A stretch of DNA of 64,000 nucleotides from positions 32,001-96,000 of IMG/VR virus record IMGVR_UViG_3300037346_000220; one strand, 5' to 3'. The DNA comes from a virus. Position 1 is the first letter of the stretch; every line of letters starts with the position of its first letter. Both the position numbers and the translations under genes were made by a program. Shown here one piece after another: positions 44,701 through 55,245 of this stretch. The notes below the pieces were generated by a model. It had not been told where the DNA came from, did not search any database, and was given only the letters and a program-made list of their open reading frames with translations.

Positions 44701-47700
44701 ACTGCACAAGGCTGATGCTGATAGGGCTCACGCTGCTAGATCTGCTCAGGAGAAAAGAGAGATCACAGCTGCTTCTAGGGTAAGTAGCTCAACGACAGCT
44801 CTAGCTGGACAAAGGTCCTACACAGGATATAAGCAGATGTCTTCACCAGCAAATAGCCAGTCTGCCCTTATCAAAAAGGGAGCTGAAGACACAAAAGCCT
44901 ATAACAAGGGAGTCCAAAGCAACAAGTCTCAAGACCAGTATATGCAGAACAGAGATCGGAAGAGCCCACACAGGCTCGCTGCCAAAGATGGATCCGATGA
45001 CGCTAAAGCTTACAACCAGGGAGTAAAGTCTGGGTCTAGGAGATCCTCAAGTGCTGGCCAGCAGAGGCAGTCTGGAATCATAGATGCTGCAAGTCAGAAG
45101 CCAGCAGGCAAAAGAAGGTCCTCAACTCCTCAGCAAAACACGTCTGGAGATGCAGCGAGAGCTGCGGTTGCACAAAGGCAATCCGTTATAGCGACCCAAG
45201 CCCAAAGCGCAGCTACAAAAAACAGCACTGCAAGACTTCAGAAGATGTCAGGGGCCCTAAGCGGAGGAATGTTTGCTCTTACCTCTCTTGCAGGTGCAGG
45301 AATGATGGCAGGTGGAAAGCTTGGAGAGGTATCTCAGAAGGTCTTCCAGTTGTCAGGAGTCTTCTTTGCCTTAATCCAGATAACTCAGATGCTTACAAAA
45401 GAAAGTTTCTTGCTTTCCGTAGCCAACAGAAAAAGAGCAGCCTCAGAAGCTGCAGCCACGGTCGCTGCCGCAGGTGGAGGGGGATTGAAGAAGGGGCTTG
45501 CAGGAATCAGCGCTTTCGTTGGAGGTCCTATGAAAATGGCTTTTGTCGCAGCTGGTCTAGCTGTGGCAGGACTTATCGCTGTGTTCCTGCACTTTAAGAA
45601 AAAATCTGATGAAGCAGCAAAGAGGGTAGAGAATCTAGGGAAAGCTTCAAACTTTAGCGCAGAAAAGCTACAAGCTCTGGGTACGCTTTTTGGAAAAGAC
45701 ATAAACACTAGCTCCCCTGGTTCGTTAGGTGGCAGGACAAACGGAAAGAATGCAGACCAGAAGAAGCAGATTGACGAGTTGTCAAAGAGTGAAGAGCTAA
45801 AGGCTCAGTTTGGAGATGAGATTGCTGGACTTGAATCCGCTTCTAATGCTCAGGCTAAGTCAATAATGAGGTCTTTAGCTTTTGCCTTAGCCTCTGGAGG
45901 GGTAGACGAAGAGTCCGCAGGAATAATTCTACAGTCAATAGCCATCGCAGCAGAGAAGGGAAACTTAGGTCTAGATTTTTCTAAGATTCCAGTTACAATC
46001 CCCGACTTAACAAAAGACAGACTCGAAGTTTCTGAATCCGCTAATAGCGCTTTCGACAGTGCCTTAGTGCGAAACACTCCGAACCCCACAGATGTTCAAA
46101 AAGCAAGACAGGTATTTGAGGAATTTGGACAGCAGCTAACTCAAGATGTTATATCCACGGCCTCTGACCTGGGGTCTCTAAGGACTGAGTTTGAGAACTC
46201 AGCGATGTCAAGTCTAGACTTCTCCACTAGTGTGACAAAGTTGCTAAGGCCTTTGACTAGTCTAGAAGAAGAAATGCAAAAACTATTGCTGCCTAACCTA
46301 GCTGAGCAGTTGAACCTAGATCCAGAAGCCTTTGTTAACGTTGAAAACTTAGCTGGAGCTCTCTCAGTTCTTAAAGCAGTAGCCATGGGGATTGACATCG
46401 ACGCCTCGTTCCTGGAGACATTCAATAAAAGACCTAAGAACTCCGAAGACAAAAAAGAGCAAGCCTTGGCTCAAAGAGAGCTAAACAAGATCATAGAGAA
46501 GAACATAGAGCTTACAATTAAGGGCAGAAAAGCTACCGAAGATAAAATCATTACCGATCAAGCAGCAGCTGACCTAGCCGACCTTGAAGCAGAAGTCATA
46601 GCAGCTAAAGAGAAGAAAGCAGCTTTTGAAGCCTTGGTTCTCGCAGGCAAAGACCAAACAGAAGCTTTAGAGATGGTATCAAACGGTAACATGCTAGTAG
46701 CTCTAACCTCAGCAATTGCTGCAGATGAGGTTAATCGCTTAAACAACAACATGGGAGATACAACCGCTGTGGAGGACGTTATGGCTTTGTTTGCAGAGCT
46801 GGCAGCCCAAGAGTTGCCTTCCTTTGACCGAACCTCAGGCTCAGGAGATAAGAGCCCCTACCAGCTAGCCATTGAGTCACTAAAAGAAGAAAGAGCTCAG
46901 ATAAAGAATAACCTAAAAGCTTACGGACTACTACGTAAAGCTGGTATGGATATTTCTGCAGCTTCTGATGCAGCGTCTGACTCAACCTTAGCTCTTGCTC
47001 TAGCTACTACAAAAGTAGGAAGTAAGAAGTATAAGGAGATCTTGTCTCTTGTAAAAGAGATTGACGTAGTAAGCAAGAAGAATGCTTTGAGAGAACTCCT
47101 TGGTGGCAGGTCAGAACAGATTCAGATGCAATCTCAGTTCTTAAAGATAGTTCCGATTCTTAGTAAGATGGGGGTTGAGGCACAGGACATAGTCGACATT
47201 CTTGGAAATGCAGACTTAGCAAAGGCTTTCATTGCAGATCTTAAAGATGGAAAGCTGGATGCTGCAGCACTGAAAAACTACCTAAAGCAAATTGAAATGA
47301 TGAAGTCTCTTGAGATTCAGGTAACTCTTACGACTCCTGAAGGTCAGGCAGCAGCTGTAAGCGAAGCCTTTTCTAATATCTCAGAATGGTTCGCAACAAA
47401 GAAAGCAGCCATAGATATTCAGTTCCGACCTCGGTTCGACGCTGCAGGTAAAATAATAAAAGAAGCAGAAGAGGCTATCGAATCCTATACAGACAAAGTA
47501 AGCGAAAACGAATACCAGTTGTCTGGAATAGAAAGGTCTGAAGATGCTATCAACGAAAAATACGAAGCAAGAATTAAGTCTCTGGAGGCAATTCAGAACG
47601 TAAACAAGCTCATTCAGTCACAAGAGAAGGCGTCTCTAAACGTAGCTGACGCACTGTCTCGTGGTGACATAGCTGCTGCAGCACAGGCGGTACAGGAAGC

Positions 47701-48610
47701 CAGGTCCCAGGCAGCTTCAGACCAAGCTGACACGATGAAGGCAAACATTGACACAGCTAAGGAAAGAGAGTTAGCTTCCATAACTTCGACCAGTGGCCAA
47801 ACGAGGGTTGAGCTGGAGAAGCAGATTGCTGGCTGGAAGCAAGAGATTGAAAGAATTGAGCACGATACCTTGGTCCCAGCCCAGAGGTCTCTAAACATAG
47901 CGGAAAAAGCAAGAGACGCACAGTTTGACACTCTGACCTATCTGGGTAGAACAGAAACGCAGTGGGGAGACATTGAGAACGCAACTAACCTAGCTCGAGT
48001 TGAAGCAGAGTCTTACATGGATGCAATAAAGAAAGCTTTGGCTCTTCTTCCAGGACTAACTGGAGGTAAAGTAGACTTAGGTATGGGTCCCGTAGACAAG
48101 GGCAACTCCAACGACTCTGAGACAGCAGAGCTTAACAGGCTAATTCAGATTACTAGAGACAGAGTCCGTAGTGGCAACTTTGAAGATGCAGCCATGGGGA
48201 AAAGGCTCGAGAGCATAAACATTGAAAGAATTAAAAAAGTTAGAGGCTTGACTGGAGATCAAAATACTATGGGTGGCAGAGGATACGCCATGGGTGGAGT
48301 GGTCAGAGGATATTCTATGGGAGGCCTGGTTCCCAAGTACTTTGCTAGCGGAGGCTTTGCTATGGGTTCTGACACTGTTCCAGCAATGCTGACTCCAGGA
48401 GAGTTCGTAATGCGCAAGTCAGCAGTAAAGAGTTTCGGGGTAGATAAGATGAAGTCAATGAATAATGGAACATCCTCAGCTGATTCAGTGTATAATTATA
48501 GCTTGAACGTAAATGTTAAGTCAGATGCCAACCCTGACCAGATTGCTAGTGCAGTGATGCAAAAAATAAAGAGTATAGACTCTCAAAGAATACGTGGAGG
48601 TAGGTCGTAA
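41771..48610 (+). CDS. tape measure protein (TP901-like core)
   Basis: 2279 aa, Ala-rich helical; GG...G.D.VPAML.PGE motifs. Confidence 0.92.
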   Translation: MADFEAKFGVNIDTTAALASIKQLQSQISTFHRQLAKGSAVNTASQQNLQRNLISDINSSGKFNASMQRVHSTTENFTNALEKNKLSMGQYFRYAGGASKTFGRKFISEFNTINKVARERVKTLQTQYIAMGRDANGALQSIAVRPLSLDMNNLATKTAIAAQKQQIFNQLLRQGSTNLLNFGKNTQWAGRQLMVGFTIPLAIFGSMAGKTFMKVEEEAIRFRRVYGELFTPPEEANAMIDQLKELASEFTQYGVSLESTLALASDVAAMGKTGADLMAQVSEATRLSVLGSVDQAKALEATISVTNAFGISAEDLAGKIDFLNAVENQTVTAIEDLTIAIPKAGPVIQQLGGSVEDLAYFLTAMKEGGINASEGANALKSGLARIINPTMKASEMMKGLGININGIVEGNAGDIKTTVTELAFALDELQPLQRSRAIEELFGKFQFARISTLFQNITKEGSQAARVLDLTRASTQELANLSSKELGAVSESTTFAFKKAFEDLRIAIAPIGEQFIKAATPIIQFATKLLSQFDKMGDGAKNFVVILTAVLGLIAPVALMTFGLLANGAANILKGFAALRTMFLRTAQDTSVLGSQTQYLTQEQLIANAASASLEQSHMRLTQQFTSETTAVSLLTAAYEKAALAASRLTAVRPMPTSIGKGAVKGYASGGIISGEGTGTSDSILAQVSNGEAIIPAKVVSKNPGFFAKLISGGIPGFAKGGILGGKVNVGGKEYGVPDGRSSGAMQSRIQGLADAGTSLDSLTSVMDKLEAQSKLTAAALKAEVRARGLSPKGGPSEVQRAHLTLPTKNADGSMGLSGLTREMSREQNIALRTGQNKDQFLKEYSSRKGGLTAAGEAGMRQTGALGPRESMSSDMVATMQQLDDEIGKLAHELSVDGLVSDAELAKAADIVIRKAESKSGNTGTAGSALRERQKAQVATRSAISSKMNAENIRSGKTSLRGNGVTLVDSNGAVQGKLHKADADRAHAARSAQEKREITAASRVSSSTTALAGQRSYTGYKQMSSPANSQSALIKKGAEDTKAYNKGVQSNKSQDQYMQNRDRKSPHRLAAKDGSDDAKAYNQGVKSGSRRSSSAGQQRQSGIIDAASQKPAGKRRSSTPQQNTSGDAARAAVAQRQSVIATQAQSAATKNSTARLQKMSGALSGGMFALTSLAGAGMMAGGKLGEVSQKVFQLSGVFFALIQITQMLTKESFLLSVANRKRAASEAAATVAAAGGGGLKKGLAGISAFVGGPMKMAFVAAGLAVAGLIAVFLHFKKKSDEAAKRVENLGKASNFSAEKLQALGTLFGKDINTSSPGSLGGRTNGKNADQKKQIDELSKSEELKAQFGDEIAGLESASNAQAKSIMRSLAFALASGGVDEESAGIILQSIAIAAEKGNLGLDFSKIPVTIPDLTKDRLEVSESANSAFDSALVRNTPNPTDVQKARQVFEEFGQQLTQDVISTASDLGSLRTEFENSAMSSLDFSTSVTKLLRPLTSLEEEMQKLLLPNLAEQLNLDPEAFVNVENLAGALSVLKAVAMGIDIDASFLETFNKRPKNSEDKKEQALAQRELNKIIEKNIELTIKGRKATEDKIITDQAAADLADLEAEVIAAKEKKAAFEALVLAGKDQTEALEMVSNGNMLVALTSAIAADEVNRLNNNMGDTTAVEDVMALFAELAAQELPSFDRTSGSGDKSPYQLAIESLKEERAQIKNNLKAYGLLRKAGMDISAASDAASDSTLALALATTKVGSKKYKEILSLVKEIDVVSKKNALRELLGGRSEQIQMQSQFLKIVPILSKMGVEAQDIVDILGNADLAKAFIADLKDGKLDAAALKNYLKQIEMMKSLEIQVTLTTPEGQAAAVSEAFSNISEWFATKKAAIDIQFRPRFDAAGKIIKEAEEAIESYTDKVSENEYQLSGIERSEDAINEKYEARIKSLEAIQNVNKLIQSQEKASLNVADALSRGDIAAAAQAVQEARSQAASDQADTMKANIDTAKERELASITSTSGQTRVELEKQIAGWKQEIERIEHDTLVPAQRSLNIAEKARDAQFDTLTYLGRTETQWGDIENATNLARVEAESYMDAIKKALALLPGLTGGKVDLGMGPVDKGNSNDSETAELNRLIQITRDRVRSGNFEDAAMGKRLESINIERIKKVRGLTGDQNTMGGRGYAMGGVVRGYSMGGLVPKYFASGGFAMGSDTVPAMLTPGEFVMRKSAVKSFGVDKMKSMNNGTSSADSVYNYSLNVNVKSDANPDQIASAVMQKIKSIDSQRIRGGRS

Positions 48611-49263
48611 TGGCAAGCAACGCTTATGTTACTGGTAGGCAGAAGTATGCAAGACCTCAAGCTGTGCTTTGGTCAGAGACAGAGCCTGTTCTGACAAACG
48701 GGTTATACCTGCCATCGGGTTCCGAGCCAGGTTCTAATAATTGGATCAAAGGCAATGACGAGTTCATAATCCTCTCTGACCACAACAGGCAACCTATTGA
48801 TGTTGCTATAGAGAGAATAGAAAACAGGCAAAGGACTATTAACGGAAGAATGCGATCTCACCATATTGCAGACAAGATAACTCTAGCCCTGTCTTGGGAC
48901 ATGCTTCCTTCAAAATCTTACGCTTTAGACCCTAAGTTCGATACCGAGGGAAAGACTGAATACCTTGGCGGTTCTGGAGTCCCAGGTAAAACAGACATGG
49001 AGTATACGGTTGACGGTGGCGCTGGAGGCGCAGAGCTTCTTCACTGGTACAACAATCACCAAGGATCTTTTTGGGTAATGCTCTCTTACGACAATTACAA
49101 GGACACTGTTTTTAACGGAACAGACATGTACTCAGACCTGGCTATACAGAGGTACACTCAGGTAAAAGAAATGTTCGTTTCAGACTTTACCTATAGCATC
49201 CAAAAGAGGGGTGCTGGAAACTTAGATCTTTGGAATCTGTCCGTATCTCTGGAAGAGGCCTAA
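48610..49263 (+). CDS. distal tail protein-like
   Basis: Immediately after TMP; RTINGRMR, LEE C-terminus. Confidence 0.65.
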   Translation: MASNAYVTGRQKYARPQAVLWSETEPVLTNGLYLPSGSEPGSNNWIKGNDEFIILSDHNRQPIDVAIERIENRQRTINGRMRSHHIADKITLALSWDMLPSKSYALDPKFDTEGKTEYLGGSGVPGKTDMEYTVDGGAGGAELLHWYNNHQGSFWVMLSYDNYKDTVFNGTDMYSDLAIQRYTQVKEMFVSDFTYSIQKRGAGNLDLWNLSVSLEEA

Positions 49264-52200
49264 ATGTATAATAGTCCAGAACTCAGTTCTCACATAAACA
49301 CATCTGCAACAATAAAGTCTCAGACCCTAATCTTGGCTGAGTGGAATATGAACTTTGCAGATAATATAGAATTGGTAGGAAACTACAGATTTCGTCCAAG
49401 GGATGAAACAAAGTTCTCAAACATCCCTAATTCCTTTGATCCCTATGACACTGGTGGATACTACACAAACGCCACCGATGCGGATGTCGTAATCCAAGGA
49501 GGATACCTAGACCAAACACTAAGCAGTCAAGAGTTAATTCCCACAGCCTTTCTTTCTATAAAGCAAAAAGAAAAACTTCTATATTCTTTAGATGACTGCT
49601 TTGCAAGGTTCAGGCCAAGGTCTGGAATAAACAAGCTTCGCATTGGAGTAAATAACAACTATACTCACTCTGCAAACATGTATATGTCTCAGAGACCAAG
49701 GTACTATGCTTCAGATAAGAAAGACAAGTTTAAGTACTGGACGTCATACAGGACAGAGGGTGGCATAGAGTATGGGATTGCTAATGATCAGCAGGGCAGT
49801 AAGTTCTACATAAGTGATGCAGCCCCCTTCGTAGTATACAAAGAGCCTGTGCCAGCTAACAGAGTTGTCGTAAAGATGCAGACGAATATTGGTTCCATAG
49901 ATCTGGGACCCTTCTCTACAGAGGACGGAGCAATAGATGATCCTTTATACGGAGAGCTCTATCAGACGACACCTGTTGACTGGGAAATCCAGTACTTAGA
50001 TGCCGATAACTCCTGGGTAAACGCACTATCATTCTTATCATCTGACAGGAGAAGAGATGGGTCTCCTATCATCGGTTCCGACGGATATGTGGAGATTGGA
50101 TACGGCCTAGACATACCAGAAGCTTTTGTAGAAAGTTTTAGCGTGGTGGGAGAAGTTTCCGACTTTCTTTCTTTAGTGCCATCCGACAGGGTCGGAGACG
50201 CATACCTGGTCAGGGATAACGCTTCTGACGGTGGGACATACCACGTATGGACAGGAACGTATTACATGTCATTTGCTTCAAGTTATTCTTGGAGGCTCAC
50301 CGACTATGAGAATGACTCTTATAAGATCATAACATCTAAGATCGTAAACGCAGATAGCTTTGTCTCCGTGTCTGGACTTCCAGAGTACAGAGAGTTCAAG
50401 TACATCAACGGTCTTCGGGTAGTGGCCAAGACCATGAATAACCTAAACTCCACTTTTGACCTTATCGAGCTATCGCCTAGGCTGGTTGCGGATATCTCAG
50501 ATTATACAGAAGCTTTGTCTATACAAAAGAACGCCTCAGACTTAGGTATTAGTGGTTTGCCAGTTGGACAGCTACTAGCCTCCACGGGATCTATAACAAT
50601 CTTTGACCCCGACAGAGCCTTTGACAAAAACAATAAAAAAAGTCTTATCTCTAAGTATGCTGCAAACAACCTCAGCATATCAATCTTTGATGCCTTTTTT
50701 GGCGTGGATGGGGTCGATTACTACGTTCCGATAAAGACTCTATACGCAGATGGATTCCCCCAGATAGAACACGCAAACAGAAAAGTAACTATTAATCTAA
50801 GGGACAAGTTTTTCTATTTCGAGTCCCTCCAGGCACCACAAGTATTCCTCCCAGATATATCGCTCTCTTATGCAATATCAGTATTGCTAGACTCGATTGG
50901 ATTTTCTAATTACGTATTCAAGAGACTAGATTCAGAGTCTGATCCTGTAATCCCCTTCTTCTACGTTCCACCAGACAAGACAGTAGCCGAAATTCTTAAT
51001 GAGTTGGCGGTGTCTACCCAGTCAGCAATGTACTTTGACGAGGACAACAACTTCATAGTTTGCTCCAGAGGTTACATGCTTCCAGGATCTGGGGAAAGAC
51101 TTTCGGATACAGTTATATACGGAAGCAAGGATGACTCAAAAAACCTAGAGTCAATCATTGACGTAGCCCAGCAGGGAATGGAAGTCTTTAACGACGGGAA
51201 CATAAACTTCTCCGTAAACTATATTCAGAAGAGTTACGGAACAATAAGGCAAGCCTACGTAATGGACAAAGATAAGACCTGGATCTATAAGCCAGTGCTG
51301 CTCTGGGAAGTTCCATCGGAGGACACAACTAAGGCTATTAATGAAAGCTCTTCCACTCAGTCTGGGTACGTACTAGGGGCTATGCCACTTAATACAAGTG
51401 TTACGGACGTAATCCCCTACGTGTCTAATGGAGAAGTCAGGAATAACATTATTGACATTGGAGAAGCTGTCTACTGGCTATCTAGGTATAGTGGTTACTT
51501 CTACGCTAACGGAGAAATTATAAGATTTGATGCAGTTGAGTACAGCGTTCCTCAAAGAGTGACAAGTAACAATGCCACCTCAGCAAGTAACGTTTGGCTA
51601 ACAAGTACACAAGACTACAAAGAGTATTTCTCCCAGCTACCTTTTAATGGAAAGATCTATCCAACAGGAAGAATTCGGATTTACGCAGAGCCTAACTTTG
51701 AGTCTAACCAGGGGCTAGTCAGCTTAAAAAATGGAGAAGTGGCTAAACATGGTAGAGGCCAATTCGGAACAGAGGTGACCTCCCACTCTGCAGGAATAGA
51801 CAATTACTGGACAGGACTTTCTTCAATTTCTGGAACAGTCTCTGACCCATTCAGTAAGAGGGCCCTAGACGCAGCACAAGCTACAGGTCTAGCATCCTTT
51901 GCGATCAACGTGTCTGATACTGGTTCATCTGGAACTACAGATATCCTAGAGGTTAAGTCAAGAGCTTCTAAGTCCTATAGGTCAAGTACCATCAAAAACT
52001 TTTTGTCTAACACCTACGAGATGGAGTCCACTGACTCCCAAGCTCTCTATAGCCCAGACACCCTGCAAGCTTCAGCTTTGGTCTTTAACGGACCTAGCCT
52101 TGCATCTGACCAACTGTCAAAGAACCACGTATCTTATGTCTACAAGTCTCTTGCAGGAAGAGAAACTTCAATGACAAGCTTTGGGACTCGAATGAGGATT

Positions 52201-53610
52201 ATTGGCAAGATAGAAAACAGCGAGACAACTTCTCAGTCCCCAGCAGGAGGCATGCCATACTATACAGTATCAGGTGGCTCAGCAAATCAGGATGCCTCCA
52301 TATCTGGTGGATCAGGTGGGCTAGGAGTTCTGATAGAGCCAACATACGGAACTGGATACTACTTTGAGCTAGCAGCCTTGTCAGATAGAAACATTGAGAA
52401 CTATGACACTGGAAACATTTATAACATAGCTTTTTACAAAAGCACAAAGTCAGGATCAGGGAATAAGATACAGTTCCAGACTCACTACCTTTGGAACGGA
52501 CTCTCTAGTGTCCTAGTCGATGACGGCAAGTTTACTGGACAAGGAAGAATTTTAGCAGAAGAAAACACCACAGTATACGACCTGGCAGTAGAGTATGAAG
52601 ACTTTGCTTCCTACAGAAGGTTTTACTTATACATCAACGGAACCCAAATTGCAACCGTAGATGATAAAGATCCCCTTCCTGTATATCAGAACATGTCTAT
52701 GTTTGTCAGGGGTTCCTCACGGTGCATGTTTGAGCATGTGTTTGCTTTGTCAAATAACTACGGAGAGAACCCCTCTTCAAAGATTGATGCTCCAATCTCC
52801 ACTGCCTTTGGAACTCAGTCAATAACCTCAAACGAAGCCTTTAGAAAGTATTCTATCTCTGGTCTAGTTCAGTCGACATACCTGTCTGGGATAAGTAGCT
52901 CAGGAACAAAGTACAACATTTTTTACGATGAGTTCGGGACCATAATGAGAGAGGCAGCCTACTTTGACATAAAGTATGATAAAGCTTACCCAGCTCTCTA
53001 CGCCAGACTATCTCCTACGTTTAACAAGCTAAGAGGCTACGTGGTATCTGGATTCCAAGGAAACCCCTATGGGGCAGAGTTCTTAATCTTTAACGCTACA
53101 GATACACAGTTAGTCCTAGATGAGACAAGTGGAAACTACCTAAGGATCCAGGGTGTTACTTTTACCCAGTCAGGCCAGACTGCATTATCCGTAGACGAGT
53201 TCTACCAAAAGCACAGCGACCTAAGAGACACCTCGTTTGTCAATGATCCAGAAATCAGGTCTCCGCTATTAGTAAAAGAAGAATACAAGAACATAAAAGA
53301 TAGCAGAATGAAGTATGGAAGAAGAGAGTTCACTCTTGACGCAAACTACTTGCAGACAAATGAAGACGCAAGGTCAATGATGTCATGGGTCATGTCAAAA
53401 GTATCTAAGGAGAGATTGGCTGTAGGAGTAGATATATTCCCTAACCCTATGATACAGCTGGGAGATATCGTAAACATATACTACAAAGACTCTGACGGTA
53501 CGGACAGAATCTTGCCAGAAACTATTCAGTTTGTAGTATACTCAATATCATACACAAAGAATAGTGGCGACAGTTCCTCTATGATGTTATACCTAAGTGA
53601 GGTAGGATAA
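49264..53610 (+). CDS. tail tip / baseplate hub protein
   Basis: 1448 aa; L.ELA.STQ..MYFDE, P.IQLGD.V motifs. Confidence 0.7.
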   Translation: MYNSPELSSHINTSATIKSQTLILAEWNMNFADNIELVGNYRFRPRDETKFSNIPNSFDPYDTGGYYTNATDADVVIQGGYLDQTLSSQELIPTAFLSIKQKEKLLYSLDDCFARFRPRSGINKLRIGVNNNYTHSANMYMSQRPRYYASDKKDKFKYWTSYRTEGGIEYGIANDQQGSKFYISDAAPFVVYKEPVPANRVVVKMQTNIGSIDLGPFSTEDGAIDDPLYGELYQTTPVDWEIQYLDADNSWVNALSFLSSDRRRDGSPIIGSDGYVEIGYGLDIPEAFVESFSVVGEVSDFLSLVPSDRVGDAYLVRDNASDGGTYHVWTGTYYMSFASSYSWRLTDYENDSYKIITSKIVNADSFVSVSGLPEYREFKYINGLRVVAKTMNNLNSTFDLIELSPRLVADISDYTEALSIQKNASDLGISGLPVGQLLASTGSITIFDPDRAFDKNNKKSLISKYAANNLSISIFDAFFGVDGVDYYVPIKTLYADGFPQIEHANRKVTINLRDKFFYFESLQAPQVFLPDISLSYAISVLLDSIGFSNYVFKRLDSESDPVIPFFYVPPDKTVAEILNELAVSTQSAMYFDEDNNFIVCSRGYMLPGSGERLSDTVIYGSKDDSKNLESIIDVAQQGMEVFNDGNINFSVNYIQKSYGTIRQAYVMDKDKTWIYKPVLLWEVPSEDTTKAINESSSTQSGYVLGAMPLNTSVTDVIPYVSNGEVRNNIIDIGEAVYWLSRYSGYFYANGEIIRFDAVEYSVPQRVTSNNATSASNVWLTSTQDYKEYFSQLPFNGKIYPTGRIRIYAEPNFESNQGLVSLKNGEVAKHGRGQFGTEVTSHSAGIDNYWTGLSSISGTVSDPFSKRALDAAQATGLASFAINVSDTGSSGTTDILEVKSRASKSYRSSTIKNFLSNTYEMESTDSQALYSPDTLQASALVFNGPSLASDQLSKNHVSYVYKSLAGRETSMTSFGTRMRIIGKIENSETTSQSPAGGMPYYTVSGGSANQDASISGGSGGLGVLIEPTYGTGYYFELAALSDRNIENYDTGNIYNIAFYKSTKSGSGNKIQFQTHYLWNGLSSVLVDDGKFTGQGRILAEENTTVYDLAVEYEDFASYRRFYLYINGTQIATVDDKDPLPVYQNMSMFVRGSSRCMFEHVFALSNNYGENPSSKIDAPISTAFGTQSITSNEAFRKYSISGLVQSTYLSGISSSGTKYNIFYDEFGTIMREAAYFDIKYDKAYPALYARLSPTFNKLRGYVVSGFQGNPYGAEFLIFNATDTQLVLDETSGNYLRIQGVTFTQSGQTALSVDEFYQKHSDLRDTSFVNDPEIRSPLLVKEEYKNIKDSRMKYGRREFTLDANYLQTNEDARSMMSWVMSKVSKERLAVGVDIFPNPMIQLGDIVNIYYKDSDGTDRILPETIQFVVYSISYTKNSGDSSSMMLYLSEVG

Positions 53611-53611
53611 G

Positions 53612-54088
53612 ATGGCTTCAGCAACACCAGAACTTCCCCAGATTATTGCAAAGACATATGCTACATCCAGCGAAGACTTTTTAAAGCCAGCTACGATAGA
53701 CCTAATGCTTGATAGTTCAGAAGTAACTATAGAGCTAATGACAAACCTAATCTTTGAAGAGATAGGTGGGCAAGAGCTAATTAGTCTTAGTAGGCATGAC
53801 ATGCTTAACGGGCAAGATGTGTCCTACCAGCCCATAAGAAACATGAACAGGATAGCCTTGCAGTATAGCCCTCGATCCTTAGTTCCCCTATCGGGCTCTT
53901 CTGACGAGTTCTTTAAAAACTTTGCAATTAACATAGATGAAAAGCTTCCTACAGAAGAATACTCGGTGGGATACTTCGAGGATGTTACTGGAGATATCGT
54001 CATAAACTTAAACAATATTTCCCAAGATGAGCAAGTAGAGATCCAGGTTATTTCATCTACAAGGCTATTTAATGATACAATATACTAG
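53612..54088 (+). CDS. minor tail protein
   Basis: Synteny. Confidence 0.55.
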   Translation: MASATPELPQIIAKTYATSSEDFLKPATIDLMLDSSEVTIELMTNLIFEEIGGQELISLSRHDMLNGQDVSYQPIRNMNRIALQYSPRSLVPLSGSSDEFFKNFAINIDEKLPTEEYSVGYFEDVTGDIVINLNNISQDEQVEIQVISSTRLFNDTIY

Positions 54089-54096
54089 GAACAACT

Positions 54097-55245
54097 ATGA
54101 TTACTAATACTGGAAAAACTATACTTGCCAAATATCTTATTGGCCAAGCACCTGCCTATGCCTCGTATATTGCAGTAGGTTGCGGACCAAACGCACTCTT
54201 GAAAACAGACGTAATCCCCTCAGAAGAATTTGCAGTAAAGACAAGCTTAGACTTTGAGATGTTCAGAGTTCCCATAATCTCTAGGGGTTACGTACAGGAT
54301 GATGGAGTATCGAAGATAGTTTTGACGGCAGAGCTACCGACCTCTGACAGGTACGAAATCACCGAGCTTGGAGTTTATTCAGCAGGCTCAAACCCTTCAG
54401 CAGGAGCTTACGACTCCAGGATGGTCTATGCCTTTAGCAGCAACGAAAGTTGGGAACAGCACACAGGAGAAACCATCTCTCAAATACCAAACATTTTGGT
54501 ATCTCTAGGAGACGAAGTAACAACTTATAACATTGTACAAACTGCTAATGCATTCTTTACTAACGCAGACAATAAGACAATGTCTAACACTGCCAGGATA
54601 GGTAGAAACGAGACCCCCAGGTACTTAAACAGTACTCTTTTTATAGCAGGAAACTCCTCCACTTTGACCTATGATGGAACACACCTGACACCAACCAGCG
54701 GTAGCCATGTACACATTACAGGTATTTCTGCAGACTACAATAAGAACTCTCCAGAGGATGAGCTAAGGCTAGTATTTTCTGTAGTCAACAGAGAGGCTAA
54801 CTCAGCTCTCATTCCCGACTCAGTAAAGATTATAGTTGAGTTCACCTCTGCAGACACTTCACTAGAATCGGGAGACTGGGCCAGGATGGAAGTTGTCGTG
54901 GATGACATCTCTTCCTCGGATGCCTCAACCCAAAAGCATGACTTTACAAATGACAGATATGTTAACTATACTATTCAGCTAAATGACCTGAGTACCAGTG
55001 AAGGCTTTTCCTGGCAGAATGTGTCGACAGTTAAGGTCTACGCTTCCGCAGAGGTGGGTGGGGTAGTCACAAATGATTTCTACATCGCTCTTGACGGCCT
55101 CAGGCTTGAGAACGTAACAAGCTTTAATCCTATATATGGACTTTCTGGATACTCCGTGATTCAGACTTTGGACGCTACGCCAATTACAAAATTTGCCAAT
55201 ACGGCAAACTTGGTAGAGTTTAGGTTTGGCCTGGGGGTAGAATAA
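54097..55245 (+). CDS. minor tail / baseplate protein
   Basis: MITNTGK...Y.AVG.G, ITELGVYS. Confidence 0.6.
   Translation: MITNTGKTILAKYLIGQAPAYASYIAVGCGPNALLKTDVIPSEEFAVKTSLDFEMFRVPIISRGYVQDDGVSKIVLTAELPTSDRYEITELGVYSAGSNPSAGAYDSRMVYAFSSNESWEQHTGETISQIPNILVSLGDEVTTYNIVQTANAFFTNADNKTMSNTARIGRNETPRYLNSTLFIAGNSSTLTYDGTHLTPTSGSHVHITGISADYNKNSPEDELRLVFSVVNREANSALIPDSVKIIVEFTSADTSLESGDWARMEVVVDDISSSDASTQKHDFTNDRYVNYTIQLNDLSTSEGFSWQNVSTVKVYASAEVGGVVTNDFYIALDGLRLENVTSFNPIYGLSGYSVIQTLDATPITKFANTANLVEFRFGLGVE

Noticed and set aside
41863-47984. Many minus-strand ORFs inside the tape measure gene, and similar shadows in fibre, capsid and dnaE genes
   Set aside because: Antisense shadows of Ala/Ser-rich coding frames, with no RBS, promoter or recognisable domains
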